This document shows, piece by piece, positions 40,851-49,928 of a stretch of DNA of 64,000 nucleotides; positions within the stretch are counted from its first letter, which is position 1; the number at the start of each line of letters is the position of its first letter. Made by a program: the position numbers and the translations under genes. The notes beneath the pieces were generated by a model. The model ran no database searches. It saw only the letters and a list, made by a program, of their open reading frames with translations, and was not told the DNA's origin. Where the stretch lies: positions 300,405-364,404 of the IMG/VR virus record IMGVR_UViG_3300031787_007614; one strand, written 5' to 3'.

Positions 40851-41543
40851 CTATGATTGTGCAACCAAGTCTGCAGCCATTGGAAAGATTGCAGTAATGG
40901 CCTGGGCACAAGCACGGGCAATATCCATGTGTTCTTTTTGGGTGCCATTGCTGGCACGAAGTTCGATGTAATGTATCCACGAGCGCAATGTACCGTTCAT
41001 GTACATGCGGCTAACAGTGAGACCTTCGGGCAACACTGCACGAGCTTGTTCTTTGGCAATACCGTTGTCAATAGCCCACTTGTACTCTTTCTTCACAGCA
41101 TACAACACACGCTTTTGAGCACGTTCCCACTCGTAAGCAAGAAGCTTCTGCTCCTCATCCTCCATGTCCAAGTCTACGCTGTTCTGTCTATTCCGGGTGT
41201 CTTGGAATCGTGCCTCACGTAACACAAACGCCTCATCGAGTTCAGCTGTAGGATCAGCATATCGCTGGGAGAACTCTTGAAAGCTGAAACTTCTGTGACG
41301 TAGAATCTGTCGCGCAATGTCACGGGTGGTGACAATTTCCATGCAGGCAGAGACCATTTCGAGTGGGCTCCAGTGCTGGTGCTTGATAAGGTATCTGATG
41401 AGTCGTTCGCTTGTGTCTGTGTTGAATTGATTGGCTGGGTTGGACACACGGGCGCAATACGCAATGAGTTCCTGAGCGTCATCAACACCTTGGGATCTAA
41501 ATGATTCAGTTGGTTGACTGTAGGAAAGTAGCTTAACATTCAT
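40851..41543 (-). CDS. thyX: FAD-dependent thymidylate synthase
   Basis: HWSPLEM, ARQILRHRSFSFQEFSQRY signature, EQARAVLP, QKEH. Confidence 0.95.
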   Translation of the reverse strand: MNVKLLSYSQPTESFRSQGVDDAQELIAYCARVSNPANQFNTDTSERLIRYLIKHQHWSPLEMVSACMEIVTTRDIARQILRHRSFSFQEFSQRYADPTAELDEAFVLREARFQDTRNRQNSVDLDMEDEEQKLLAYEWERAQKRVLYAVKKEYKWAIDNGIAKEQARAVLPEGLTVSRMYMNGTLRSWIHYIELRASNGTQKEHMDIARACAQAITAIFPMAADLVAQS

Positions 41544-41845
41544 TTTAATTTGATAAGAATTTTATCAGTTTCGGGTTGTACAATTTCGGCAACAGCCGCG
41601 GCATCAACAATAAAGTTAACGGTATGAAGATCAGCTTCAATTTCACTAAGTGTGCGGCCCACAACAATCTCTAGTTCTTCACTGTCGAGACCCTGGCGCC
41701 GCAGTGTCTGCAGATTGATGGTTTTCTGTTTGCCACCTTTCTGCCGAATCACCACTTTTTTAATACATTCAAGTGGAATTTGTGTTTTGGTAACCTCATC
41801 AATGAGGTGCTCCCACTTGGCTAGAAATTCGTCACTGAACGGCAT
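41540..41845 (-). CDS. Hypothetical protein
   Basis: 101-aa coupled ORF. Confidence 0.65.
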   Translation of the reverse strand: MPFSDEFLAKWEHLIDEVTKTQIPLECIKKVVIRQKGGKQKTINLQTLRRQGLDSEELEIVVGRTLSEIEADLHTVNFIVDAAAVAEIVQPETDKILIKLK

Positions 41846-42560
41846 GTGCGGTTACCTTGGCAGGTCGACCACGTTTCTTTGCTGGTGCAGCCACAGGTGC
41901 TTGCACGGTGTTGTTTACAACCACTCCAGGAAACATACGTTCAGCTTCTTTTTTCATTCTAGCAGCTTCGTTGATCAAGCCCTGTGCGTCAGCTTCCATG
42001 CGCTTGGCTTGCGTTAACATATTTGATGCAAGTGTTTTGTCATCCAGTGCATTGGAGGCATCGGCTTGCATGACTGGCATGCCGGCACGTTGTTGAGCAG
42101 CTTCTTGTTCTAAACGTTGACGTTTGAACTCTTGCTCGGCCTGGCGCTTTTGCGCAGGATCAACCAAGCCAGAATTTGAATCTAGATCAGCCATGCGTTT
42201 GGCAGCATCTTGACCTGATTCCATTTCTTTGACCAGTCGATTGAGTTCGTCTAGCTTGACTGAACTGGTTGTGGTAGGAGTAACAATAACTTGATTGGTA
42301 GGAATCTTTTTAAGCATGCCTTCTTTGTGCAATGCTTCAAGGATTGCACGACCATCAGGCAGCAAGCTACGATGTAATGCATTGGCTAATGAAGTTTCTT
42401 GTTGTCCTGTTGGACTTTCTAACACTCTCATTACGGTATCATGAATGTGTGTGGGCAACACATCTGGATAAATTACAAGGCACATGTGATCTTCGCCAGG
42501 TATCTCTCTGAATATAATTGCGACCTTTCGATCGCCGTGACGTCCTACGTGTTTAAGCAT
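41832..42560 (-). CDS. Hypothetical protein (start revised to MLKHVGRHG)
   Basis: GGAG SD before ATG 42560; coiled-coil C-terminus. Confidence 0.7.
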   Translation of the reverse strand: MLKHVGRHGDRKVAIIFREIPGEDHMCLVIYPDVLPTHIHDTVMRVLESPTGQQETSLANALHRSLLPDGRAILEALHKEGMLKKIPTNQVIVTPTTTSSVKLDELNRLVKEMESGQDAAKRMADLDSNSGLVDPAQKRQAEQEFKRQRLEQEAAQQRAGMPVMQADASNALDDKTLASNMLTQAKRMEADAQGLINEAARMKKEAERMFPGVVVNNTVQAPVAAPAKKRGRPAKVTAHAVQ

Positions 42561-42747
42561 TTTGATCTCCTTGTGCTTGTTGTGCTTGTAGTTGAGCTTG
42601 ACTATGGTCGAGAAACTTAGACAGTTTGTCATAGAGTCCACCAACAGTGCTCATTTCGGCTGCTTTGAATGCACCCCGATTGCAAGCCGCTTCGAGAAGC
42701 GACTTCATTGAAGCCATATCGGCTAGGGTAAGTTGTACATTTTCCAT
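42553..42747 (-). CDS. Hypothetical protein
   Basis: 64 aa, preceded by TAAATA 5 nt upstream. Confidence 0.65.
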   Translation of the reverse strand: MENVQLTLADMASMKSLLEAACNRGAFKAAEMSTVGGLYDKLSKFLDHSQAQLQAQQAQGDQNA

Positions 42748-42785
42748 ACAGATATTTAATATATAAACATCTGACGGAAATGTTT

Positions 42786-42992
42786 TTATGGGGTATTTTG
42801 GAAGAATTTGTTGGCCTTTTGGACAGCCTCTTCAATGGTCAGCGCAGGCACTATCACAAATGCCTGGTTGCTCACTATCTCCATGTCGTAAGGTATGCTA
42901 CCAGTAAAACAAAAATCTTCTGGCACTTCCACCTGCACTTCAAAGTCCTGCATGCGGCGTGCTCGATCAATTACGTCAAGATGATCGCTCAC
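42786..42992 (-). CDS. Hypothetical protein
   Basis: 68-aa acidic ORF, coupled to the upstream gene. Confidence 0.55.
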   Translation of the reverse strand: MSDHLDVIDRARRMQDFEVQVEVPEDFCFTGSIPYDMEIVSNQAFVIVPALTIEEAVQKANKFFQNTP

Positions 42993-43177
42993 AGGATCTT
43001 ACGCTCGTGGATCAGTGTTTCAAAGGTATCCCAGACTTTTTGGAACTTGCGTTCGTAGTAGTCAATCAGGACCTTGGTGTCTTCAATGCTGGCACCTTGA
43101 TCAATGTACATTTGCAAATCATTCGTGATCTTCCAGCACTCCATAATTTCTTGCTCAAAATCAAAACGGTCACTCAT
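42989..43177 (-). CDS. Hypothetical protein
   Basis: 62-aa coupled ORF. Confidence 0.6.
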   Translation of the reverse strand: MSDRFDFEQEIMECWKITNDLQMYIDQGASIEDTKVLIDYYERKFQKVWDTFETLIHERKIL

Positions 43178-43413
43178 TTGAACTCCTTTAGTTCTTTGGG
43201 TTTCACAAAAATAAAATTATGCACTCGGCCATCCAGCTTGATAGGCAAATCCAAATGCACACTCACACGCGGACCTTCTACTAAGTTTATCTGCGTGTCA
43301 TTGCCTACAGTGCCTCGGAATGGAATTTTGTTCCAAGTGCCTTGCACACGGTCTCCTATAAACCAAGTTGGCTTATATCCCACACGATTAAAATAATCAG
43401 TTTGATTACCCAC
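43174..43413 (-). CDS. Hypothetical SH3-like small protein (GTG start proposed)
   Basis: WFIGDRVQGTWNKIPFRGTV; a start at 43413 avoids a long overlap with the upstream ORF. Confidence 0.5.
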   Translation of the reverse strand: MGNQTDYFNRVGYKPTWFIGDRVQGTWNKIPFRGTVGNDTQINLVEGPRVSVHLDLPIKLDGRVHNFIFVKPKELKEFK

Positions 43414-43549
43414 GGGGCTGACTCCATTCATCACGTGCCAGTTTGAACTCTGCATACACTCGGCGGAGCATGGTCACCACAGGAATAAAGAAAAAGCCCG
43501 CAATAAATCCATACAGCAACCACTTTACGGCTTCCCATAAATCCATCAT
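43406..43549 (-). CDS. 47-aa membrane peptide (not in ORF track)
   Basis: MMDLWEAVKWLLYGFIAGFFFIPVVTMLRRVYAEFKLARDEWSQPRG; one hydrophobic segment; overlaps the upstream stop. Confidence 0.65.
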   Translation of the reverse strand: MMDLWEAVKWLLYGFIAGFFFIPVVTMLRRVYAEFKLARDEWSQPRG

Positions 43550-43779
43550 ACAATTTGTCCTAGTCCTGCATAGATAAGTTGATCCAGCTCTGTTTGATAA
43601 TCTGTACGACCCATTCTGCGTTTAAGCCAAATAGCGTTCAACAAATCTTTGGCACCATGCGAACTGTCAACAGGCAACTCGGCTCTAGACTCTAGTTCTT
43701 CTAAGAGATCTTCAGTATCAAAGTCACCAAGATCAACATCTACTTCTACTTCTGTGGTAATAGTTCTATACATCTTCAA
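43546..43779 (-). CDS. Hypothetical protein
   Basis: 77-aa acidic ORF. Confidence 0.6.
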   Translation of the reverse strand: MKMYRTITTEVEVDVDLGDFDTEDLLEELESRAELPVDSSHGAKDLLNAIWLKRRMGRTDYQTELDQLIYAGLGQIV

Positions 43780-43990
43780 TTCCTAATGTTGCAGGAGCAT
43801 GATCCAACACATCTTGATCATCGCGGCGATAAAAATGCGCATCTGGATCTGTTATGGTCACACACAAATCACTGTGAGCGATGTCGTAGTCAACAAAGTC
43901 TCCACTGCTATTGTATACTCTAAACAAATAGGTGTCAAGTAATGCACTGTAGATCAAATGCCCTTCCACGCCGTTTGCAGATTGTGTCAT
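43766..43990 (-). CDS. Hypothetical protein (start revised to MTQSANG)
   Basis: ATG 1 nt after the stop of the VWA gene. Confidence 0.6.
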   Translation of the reverse strand: MTQSANGVEGHLIYSALLDTYLFRVYNSSGDFVDYDIAHSDLCVTITDPDAHFYRRDDQDVLDHAPATLGIEDV

Positions 43991-43991
43991 C

Positions 43992-45302
43992 TTACTTTTC
44001 CTCGTAGTAGGCGTATTGACCCCAGGGCGGAACAATGCTGTCGGTGCCATGCAGTATCCATACAGTGTCTGCATAATTCTCATCACCCCACGAACCAAAC
44101 GGGTAGCCGTCTGTAAACACAACCAGACGCTTGGGCTCAATTTCATTTTCTTTGAGATAGCGGAAGATAGCATCAAAGTCTGTTCCGCCGCCACCTGCGA
44201 CTTCGTAATCACAAATACCGTCCAAATTGTCCGAGTCGTATTGTGCAGGGTTATAACACTCGGTATCAAAGGTAACCACATGGATTCGGTATGCAGGGAA
44301 CGATTCCATGATGCCTTGGATTTCGCTTAAGAAGTCCTTGAGCATGCTCTCGCTAATGGATCCACTTGCATCCAACGCCACTGCAATATCAATCATAGGA
44401 TCCAGCTTCATGCCTGGCATCACAGCATCCATGTGCCAACCTTTGCGGCTGGCTCGCATCCATGTGTAGTCTGACTTGATGGTTGACTCCAATTGCATAC
44501 GGAGCAATTCGCGCCAGTTCATCTTGGGCTCGGTCAAGTCCTGAATCAGACGTTTGACACCTGCGGGCAAGTTACCTGCTCCATCCACTGTAGCGGCAGC
44601 CGCTAACATGGCTTCCTTGATCTCGTCCTTAATTGCTTGACGCTCTTCGGGTGTGAGTTTGGGGCGACCCTTGCCTTTGCCTTCCTCGTCTCCGTCTCCG
44701 TCACCATCTGCGGGATCGCCATCACCGTCCAGATGGTCGTCCAACAACTTGTCAACAAGGTCGCTCAAGTTAATTTTCTTGGCGTTCTTCATCAAGTCAT
44801 CATACACTTCCTCCGAACTCATACCCTCATACTTCTTGTCATACAGGCAAGGCACGGAAGTAATGAACTCACCCACATTGTGCTTTTTCAAGTCTGCGTT
44901 AACACAGAAGTCATTGGCAACGTTCCAAATCTGCGGGTCCCGCTCGCCACGGCGTCCAAAGTGGTCATACACACAATGCAACACCTCATGTCCAAACAAG
45001 AATTCAACTTCTTTGGGCTTGAGCAATTTAATGAACTTGCAGTTATAGTAGAAATTGCGTCCATCCGTTGCGGCAGTAGGACACCATTCGTCAGCGTTCA
45101 CCAACTTCAAACGAGTAGCAAGATTGCCAAAGAAACTGGCCTTAAGCAACAAACCCACACGGGCAGTAATCAATTGTTCACGCACCTCGCGATCCAGTTT
45201 GGGATCCATCTTGCCCAATAGATTTTTAAACTTGTCTGCTTCTTTGGAGTCAGCAGTGGTGCCTGCTTTGGCATATAACATGTCTGGATTGAAATATTGC
45301 AT
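43992..45302 (-). CDS. Putative metallopeptidase (DUF2201-like) + VWA domain protein
   Basis: TAATDG, HEVLH (HExxH), DASGS MIDAS motif, GGGTDF, VFTDG; AAGGA SD before ATG 45302. Confidence 0.85.
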   Translation of the reverse strand: MQYFNPDMLYAKAGTTADSKEADKFKNLLGKMDPKLDREVREQLITARVGLLLKASFFGNLATRLKLVNADEWCPTAATDGRNFYYNCKFIKLLKPKEVEFLFGHEVLHCVYDHFGRRGERDPQIWNVANDFCVNADLKKHNVGEFITSVPCLYDKKYEGMSSEEVYDDLMKNAKKINLSDLVDKLLDDHLDGDGDPADGDGDGDEEGKGKGRPKLTPEERQAIKDEIKEAMLAAAATVDGAGNLPAGVKRLIQDLTEPKMNWRELLRMQLESTIKSDYTWMRASRKGWHMDAVMPGMKLDPMIDIAVALDASGSISESMLKDFLSEIQGIMESFPAYRIHVVTFDTECYNPAQYDSDNLDGICDYEVAGGGGTDFDAIFRYLKENEIEPKRLVVFTDGYPFGSWGDENYADTVWILHGTDSIVPPWGQYAYYEEK

Positions 45303-45327
45303 GGGCTGTTCCTTAGTTGATGTGTAT

Positions 45328-45356
45328 ATTATAGCAAAAGATGATTTATTCGTCAA
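45328..45356 (-). promoter_or_regulatory. sigma70 promoter TTGACG-17-TATAAT
   Basis: Read directly; upstream of the VWA gene. Confidence 0.85.
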
Positions 45357-45661
45357 CTTACGACTTCAGTATTAGTTGTGGGTCTGTTCAGGTATTTGAG
45401 CTGGAACCAACTTTGTGCGGCTTCGCTAAAGAAGTCAACATGCACTTGCTGTTCGTAGTGCATGCTGGGACCGTCTTTGTATGGATGCTCGTTTGCAACC
45501 AAGCCACGATGGTGCCGATACGTGAAACCCATCTCTTTTCGAAGCTGAGTCCGCAGTGCCATTTTCATGCCAAAGTCTCGAAGAATCATGGCATAGATGT
45601 CCGACCACTCTCCGGGGTTGTGAAAGATGATCAAGTTCTTTTTGACAGTTACTTTGGACAT
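45353..45661 (-). CDS. Hypothetical protein
   Basis: 102-aa ORF between moxR-like and VWA genes. Confidence 0.6.
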   Translation of the reverse strand: MSKVTVKKNLIIFHNPGEWSDIYAMILRDFGMKMALRTQLRKEMGFTYRHHRGLVANEHPYKDGPSMHYEQQVHVDFFSEAAQSWFQLKYLNRPTTNTEVVS

Positions 45662-45666
45662 ACTCT

Positions 45667-45724
45667 AAAAAGAGAGAGCCGTGTAGTCCACAGCCCGTGT
45701 ATTTAATCTACACAGCCCTCTCTT
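45667..45724 (-). terminator. 17-bp stem-loop (2 G-U pairs) followed by short U run
   Basis: AAGAGAGGGCUGUGUAG / CUACACGGCUCUCUCUU with a 21-nt loop, downstream of the moxR-like gene. Confidence 0.55.
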
Positions 45725-45727
45725 ATA

Positions 45728-46813
45728 TTAGGCTGATGCCTGCAAGATGTACTTGCCGTATTTGCTGTGGAACTCGTCAAAGTTCTTGAGCTTGGTGGGC
45801 AAGAACGGCAAGTCGTATGTGGTAAGTGCAATACGAGCACCCATCACAGTGAGCTCAGTCTCAAAGTTCTTCATCATGAAACCCAGGAAGTTATCCGCCA
45901 TCTCATGGAACTTCTTGTCCTCAACCTTCTTCTCCACTGCATCCTTGAGCTCATAGCACATGGAGATAACCAGTGAGTACATGGCACTGACCTCTTTCAC
46001 GTTCAAGTCCTTGACCTTGCCTGCCAACACATCTGCAGGGTTGGGCATCTTGCTGGACACCTTGCGGTGGGCCATGAACTTAACTGCAAGACCTTCGCCC
46101 ACAGTACCAGCAATCAAGTTGGTAAGGGTATCATTGTCTCCATCCTCGTCCTCCAACAGCTGGCTCACAAAGGTCCAGGTACGTGGAGTAGCAAAGGCAC
46201 GGCTAGAACTCTTGGCATCAAAGTCGTACAAGTCCTGCTTGGCAAAACTCAAGTAACCCACCACGTCCTTGTGGATTTTGTTTTTAACAGCCCAGTCTTG
46301 GTAGCTGGCAAAGTCCACTTTCATTTCCTGGTGCAGGAAACGGTTTGCAAGCGGAGTAGGCATGCGGTAGGTAACACCCTTGTCCGACTCACGGTTACCT
46401 GCGGCAACCATCACAACGTTCTTGGGCAAGTGGTACTTGCCAATGCGTCGATTCAGAATCAACTGGTATGCGGCACTCTGCACTGACGGAGCCGCAGAGT
46501 TGAGCTCGTCCAAGAACAGTACCACAATGGGATACTGGCTGGCAGTAGCCTCATCAGGCAATTCCACAGGAGGTGCCCAATCCATGACACCTTTGTCTTT
46601 GTTGTAATAGGGAATGCCACGGATGTCTGTGGGCTCCATCTGACCCAAGCGGAGGTCAATCATGAGTCCGTCAAGTTCTTTAGTAATGCCCTCAACCAGC
46701 TCTGACTTGCCGATGCCGGGAGGACCCCACAGGAACAACGGACGCTGAACTTTAAATGCTTTGAGCAGGCTTTTACGTGCCTGGACGGAATTGACGGTGC
46801 GGGTATCTGACAT
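45728..46813 (-). CDS. MoxR-family AAA+ ATPase
   Basis: GPPGIGKS Walker A, LFLDELN Walker B, AAGNR sensor, PLANRF. Confidence 0.9.
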   Translation of the reverse strand: MSDTRTVNSVQARKSLLKAFKVQRPLFLWGPPGIGKSELVEGITKELDGLMIDLRLGQMEPTDIRGIPYYNKDKGVMDWAPPVELPDEATASQYPIVVLFLDELNSAAPSVQSAAYQLILNRRIGKYHLPKNVVMVAAGNRESDKGVTYRMPTPLANRFLHQEMKVDFASYQDWAVKNKIHKDVVGYLSFAKQDLYDFDAKSSSRAFATPRTWTFVSQLLEDEDGDNDTLTNLIAGTVGEGLAVKFMAHRKVSSKMPNPADVLAGKVKDLNVKEVSAMYSLVISMCYELKDAVEKKVEDKKFHEMADNFLGFMMKNFETELTVMGARIALTTYDLPFLPTKLKNFDEFHSKYGKYILQASA

Positions 46814-46847
46814 GGGCTGTGTCCTTAAAATGTGTTAGTAAGCCGTT

Positions 46848-46876
46848 AGTATAACTGAAGTTGATTTATTGGTCAA
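46848..46876 (-). promoter_or_regulatory. sigma70 promoter TTGACC-17-TATACT
   Basis: Read directly; upstream of the moxR-like gene. Confidence 0.8.
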
Positions 46877-47049
46877 CTATTGCAAGTCTCAAAAGGACTA
46901 AACAATTCTTCGTGATTGTCGCTTTCTTGCGACAGTTGTTCGTAGACCCACTCCACAGGGATCTCAAGATATCGTGCAATGGCACGAGGTTCGTGGCCTT
47001 CTTCCAGCATGGATTGGATGTCAATGCTAAGTTCGCTCATTCTACTCAT
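46873..47049 (-). CDS. 58-aa hypothetical protein (not in ORF track)
   Basis: MSRMSELSIDIQSMLEEG...PFETCNS; TAATG coupling with the upstream ORF. Confidence 0.7.
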   Translation of the reverse strand: MSRMSELSIDIQSMLEEGHEPRAIARYLEIPVEWVYEQLSQESDNHEELFSPFETCNS

Positions 47050-47330
47050 TATACAGTTCCTTCAAGGTAAGGTTGAATTCGTTTGGCTTGACGGAAATCT
47101 TTTTCGGTCCACAACAGCCAGCTGTCAATGTCTTTTCTAGAGTCAGACAGTGTCATGTAATAACAAATATGGTGTCCACTGGGTGATTTGGCAAGCAGAG
47201 TATTTTTATAATCTTCGTATGTGACAGCGGCTGGATTAAACACCTTGACAAGGCGAGTGTAAGGATCGTAAAAATGCGTCTGTGTGACCAGCTCCACGTA
47301 GAAATCTCTTAGTTCAGAAAAATTACTCAT
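47049..47330 (-). CDS. Hypothetical protein (start MSNFSEL)
   Basis: TAATG coupling. Confidence 0.55.
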   Translation of the reverse strand: MSNFSELRDFYVELVTQTHFYDPYTRLVKVFNPAAVTYEDYKNTLLAKSPSGHHICYYMTLSDSRKDIDSWLLWTEKDFRQAKRIQPYLEGTV

Positions 47331-47593
47331 TATGCAGTCTCCTTCATGCAATATTCAAACAAAACCCACTTGGCGCGGTTCAAAAATTGACGAGCATAGT
47401 CGGCACGCTTGGCGTTAACCTTACCATATTCCGAGTCGATCATTTCCTGGGCATCACTCATCAAACTGGCTACCAACGTAGCAGGACTAGAATAACGATA
47501 GATCAGGTCTTGCTCAACTTCTTCGCGCAATTCTGCTTCGGTCATGCCATACATGTGGATATCGCGTTTTTGACTTTCATTTAGTTGCTTCAT
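47330..47593 (-). CDS. Hypothetical protein
   Basis: AAGGAG SD; first gene after the 47624-47652 promoter. Confidence 0.7.
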   Translation of the reverse strand: MKQLNESQKRDIHMYGMTEAELREEVEQDLIYRYSSPATLVASLMSDAQEMIDSEYGKVNAKRADYARQFLNRAKWVLFEYCMKETA

Positions 47594-47623
47594 TCCAGGC
47601 TCCTTTTTGCTTTGTATGCCACT

Positions 47624-47652
47624 ATTGTAGCAGATAGGGATTTATTGGTCAA
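47624..47652 (-). promoter_or_regulatory. sigma70 promoter TTGACC-17-TACAAT
   Basis: Read directly. Confidence 0.85.
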
Positions 47653-47655
47653 ACC

Positions 47656-47684
47656 AAAAAAAAAGCCCTACATGTTGTAGGGCT
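47656..47684 (-). terminator. Intrinsic terminator
   Basis: AGCCCTACA-aca-TGTAGGGCT then a T run. Confidence 0.85.
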
Positions 47685-47729
47685 ATTGTAACACTTGAGT
47701 ATTACCTTTTGAAATGTAGTACTCTAGTA

Positions 47730-48461
47730 TTACATTGGGATCAAATGCTCCAGCTCGCTTTGCCCATGCACATCAATGATAAAGTGCAGTCTTGGATGTG
47801 GGCTGTTATTTTTTACCCAGTGCTTTAGACCTGCGTTGAAAAAATAAACACGACCGTCTGCTGGTAGGTGCTGTTCTTGTATGCCTTGTTTGGTTAGCAT
47901 AAACATACTGACGTCAGGGTGAGTCAGCACAGGAATGTGAAACCTTGTGACATAACTGGGGTCATAATCAAAGTGCGGTTTGATTTCGTGACCTGCTCCT
48001 AGGTATGCCAGTCTTGCTCTAGTAATTCGACTGGTAAACATGTCAAAAATCCGTTCAATCTCACCAGTCACCATGTTGGTGCGTACTCCGTAGTTGAGAT
48101 CGTCAGCTTCGGGCACATACCGAGGATCATTGGGATCCTGACGCTTGACTCGTTCTATCATGGTTGTGGCTTTAACTTCCACAGGCCCACGGCTTTTTGA
48201 TTTGTCAAACTCAGTAAGTTGTATCTGTCTAAATTTTTCACTTTCCAAACTGGGTGCATCTGCTTCTTTAAACAAATTATCCAAGGTCCATTGGTTGGCT
48301 TTGATGAATGGAGTGAATGCACCATCAGTACTGGCCTTGACATCAACATAGTGATCCCAGTCTAGGAGACTGTTGTCTTTCAAGTGTTTGATCAATTGTG
48401 GTGTGTCTATGTGAAAATTGTTCAGATAGCCAAACGCTGGAAGTTGTTTTCGTGTTTTCAT
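47730..48461 (-). CDS. Aspartyl/asparaginyl beta-hydroxylase-like 2OG-Fe(II) oxygenase
   Basis: IKPHFD, RFHIPV, G.VYFFN..LKHWVKN....RLHFIID. Confidence 0.8.
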   Translation of the reverse strand: MKTRKQLPAFGYLNNFHIDTPQLIKHLKDNSLLDWDHYVDVKASTDGAFTPFIKANQWTLDNLFKEADAPSLESEKFRQIQLTEFDKSKSRGPVEVKATTMIERVKRQDPNDPRYVPEADDLNYGVRTNMVTGEIERIFDMFTSRITRARLAYLGAGHEIKPHFDYDPSYVTRFHIPVLTHPDVSMFMLTKQGIQEQHLPADGRVYFFNAGLKHWVKNNSPHPRLHFIIDVHGQSELEHLIPM

Positions 48462-49189
48462 TGTTTGACCAGTCTAATTAAATATCCAGCAACATCAATT
48501 TGCCACCACTTTAGTCCAAAGCGCCAGTCACTGGGATTGGCATGATGATTGTTGTGCCATCCTTCGCCCCACACAAGTACACCTAAAATAGGATTGTTAA
48601 CACTGGTATCTTTGCCAGGATAATCTTGCCAGCCTATGGTGTGACCAATGTTGTTGATCAAACCGCCTGCATGGAATAAAAACAAAGCAGGCACCAAGTG
48701 AGCATAGACCACAGCCATTGGATCTATAGCATACAGTATCACAGCATACGCACCGTGTATGGCCCAATAGTAATTGTGCATGAATGCATGAAATCTACTG
48801 CGCATGAGATCAGTAACCATTCTAAGACTGGGCTGATTGAACATGATTAAAAATTGCACACGGAAGAATCCTTTGTGCAAGGGACTGTGGGGATCGCGTT
48901 CGGTATCCACAAATTTATGATGTTCACGATGTATGGCAACCCAAGCAATACTAGAGCCCACTCCACCGAGAGTGCCAATTATGGTGCCAAGGTATTCCCA
49001 CCAAGCAGGTGCTTTATAACTTCTATGACTCAATAGTCTGTGAAAAGTTGCACTGGCACCAATACTGCCAGTTACAACGTATACGCCAAACGCTACGGCC
49101 CATTGCCACCATTCACCATTCACCATTAGGCACACCAAGGCAGCTATGCACATGGTTTGAAAAACAAACAACCAGTTTATGCGTTTCAT
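48458..49189 (-). CDS. Membrane fatty-acid (delta-9-like) desaturase
   Basis: His boxes HRLLSH, HREHH, HNNHH; DPHSP; GEGW. Confidence 0.9.
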   Translation of the reverse strand: MKRINWLFVFQTMCIAALVCLMVNGEWWQWAVAFGVYVVTGSIGASATFHRLLSHRSYKAPAWWEYLGTIIGTLGGVGSSIAWVAIHREHHKFVDTERDPHSPLHKGFFRVQFLIMFNQPSLRMVTDLMRSRFHAFMHNYYWAIHGAYAVILYAIDPMAVVYAHLVPALFLFHAGGLINNIGHTIGWQDYPGKDTSVNNPILGVLVWGEGWHNNHHANPSDWRFGLKWWQIDVAGYLIRLVKQ

Positions 49190-49887
49190 GATCTTACTAC
49201 CTCGCCATAGATTCTTCTAGTGTTGTTGCCACCAGCCAAAGAAACAATCTCTCCCGGTTCTACATCTCTAGTAACAGTGATTCGAGGATGTAGTTCAGCA
49301 TTACTACCAATATTTGGTCCGCGCTCATTGTTAAATTTGCCGTACCCTACAATTGCAGTGTCAGGGTGAATTAACACATTGTCACCTAATGTTACTCTAC
49401 TACAAATTTTTACAAATTCATGTAGGATGCAATTTTTTCCAATAGTGGTATGATGCGCAACAGTAGTAGAATTATGTATTCGGCTGTGAGCACCAATCTT
49501 TGTATAATGTGCTACTCCGGCGTTGAATCCAATATAGCACCCTGGGCCAATTTCTGCTTCGTCATACACCTCACTGGCTGGATGTATCAGCGTTGCACAG
49601 TTGAGTTTATGTTGATCAATCAGATCAATATACGCAAGTCTTTTGGATTTCGATCTTAGATCAAGACTTGACCAAGACATTCCAACAAAAAAATCATACT
49701 GGTCTCGAGCAGCCTCAAAATCAAACGAGTCTTCGCTTCCAATCACAGGCAATCCATTTTTAGTATCAGTGTTCCTGTAATAATCACTGTCAACAATACC
49801 TGCAACGGGTATGTTACGAAGAGTACACACTCTTATAAAAATTTCTAAGTTTGTACTGGTGCCTAAAAAAACAATTGGTTTGTGCAT
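49186..49887 (-). CDS. Hexapeptide-repeat O/N-acetyltransferase (PglD/NeuD-like)
   Basis: N-terminal Rossmann-like segment, TLIHPA, left-handed beta-helix repeats with H residue; start MHKPIV. Confidence 0.75.
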   Translation of the reverse strand: MHKPIVFLGTSTNLEIFIRVCTLRNIPVAGIVDSDYYRNTDTKNGLPVIGSEDSFDFEAARDQYDFFVGMSWSSLDLRSKSKRLAYIDLIDQHKLNCATLIHPASEVYDEAEIGPGCYIGFNAGVAHYTKIGAHSRIHNSTTVAHHTTIGKNCILHEFVKICSRVTLGDNVLIHPDTAIVGYGKFNNERGPNIGSNAELHPRITVTRDVEPGEIVSLAGGNNTRRIYGEVVRS

Positions 49888-49892
49888 GCGAT

Positions 49893-49922
49893 TATTTAAG
49901 TTAGTGTGCGAGCAAATAAATA
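49893..49922. promoter_or_regulatory. Back-to-back TAAATA motifs driving divergent genes
   Basis: Minus TAAATA at 49893-49898 (5 nt to ATG 49887); plus TAAATA at 49917-49922 (6 nt to ATG 49929). Confidence 0.55.
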
Positions 49923-49928
49923 TTTCAT

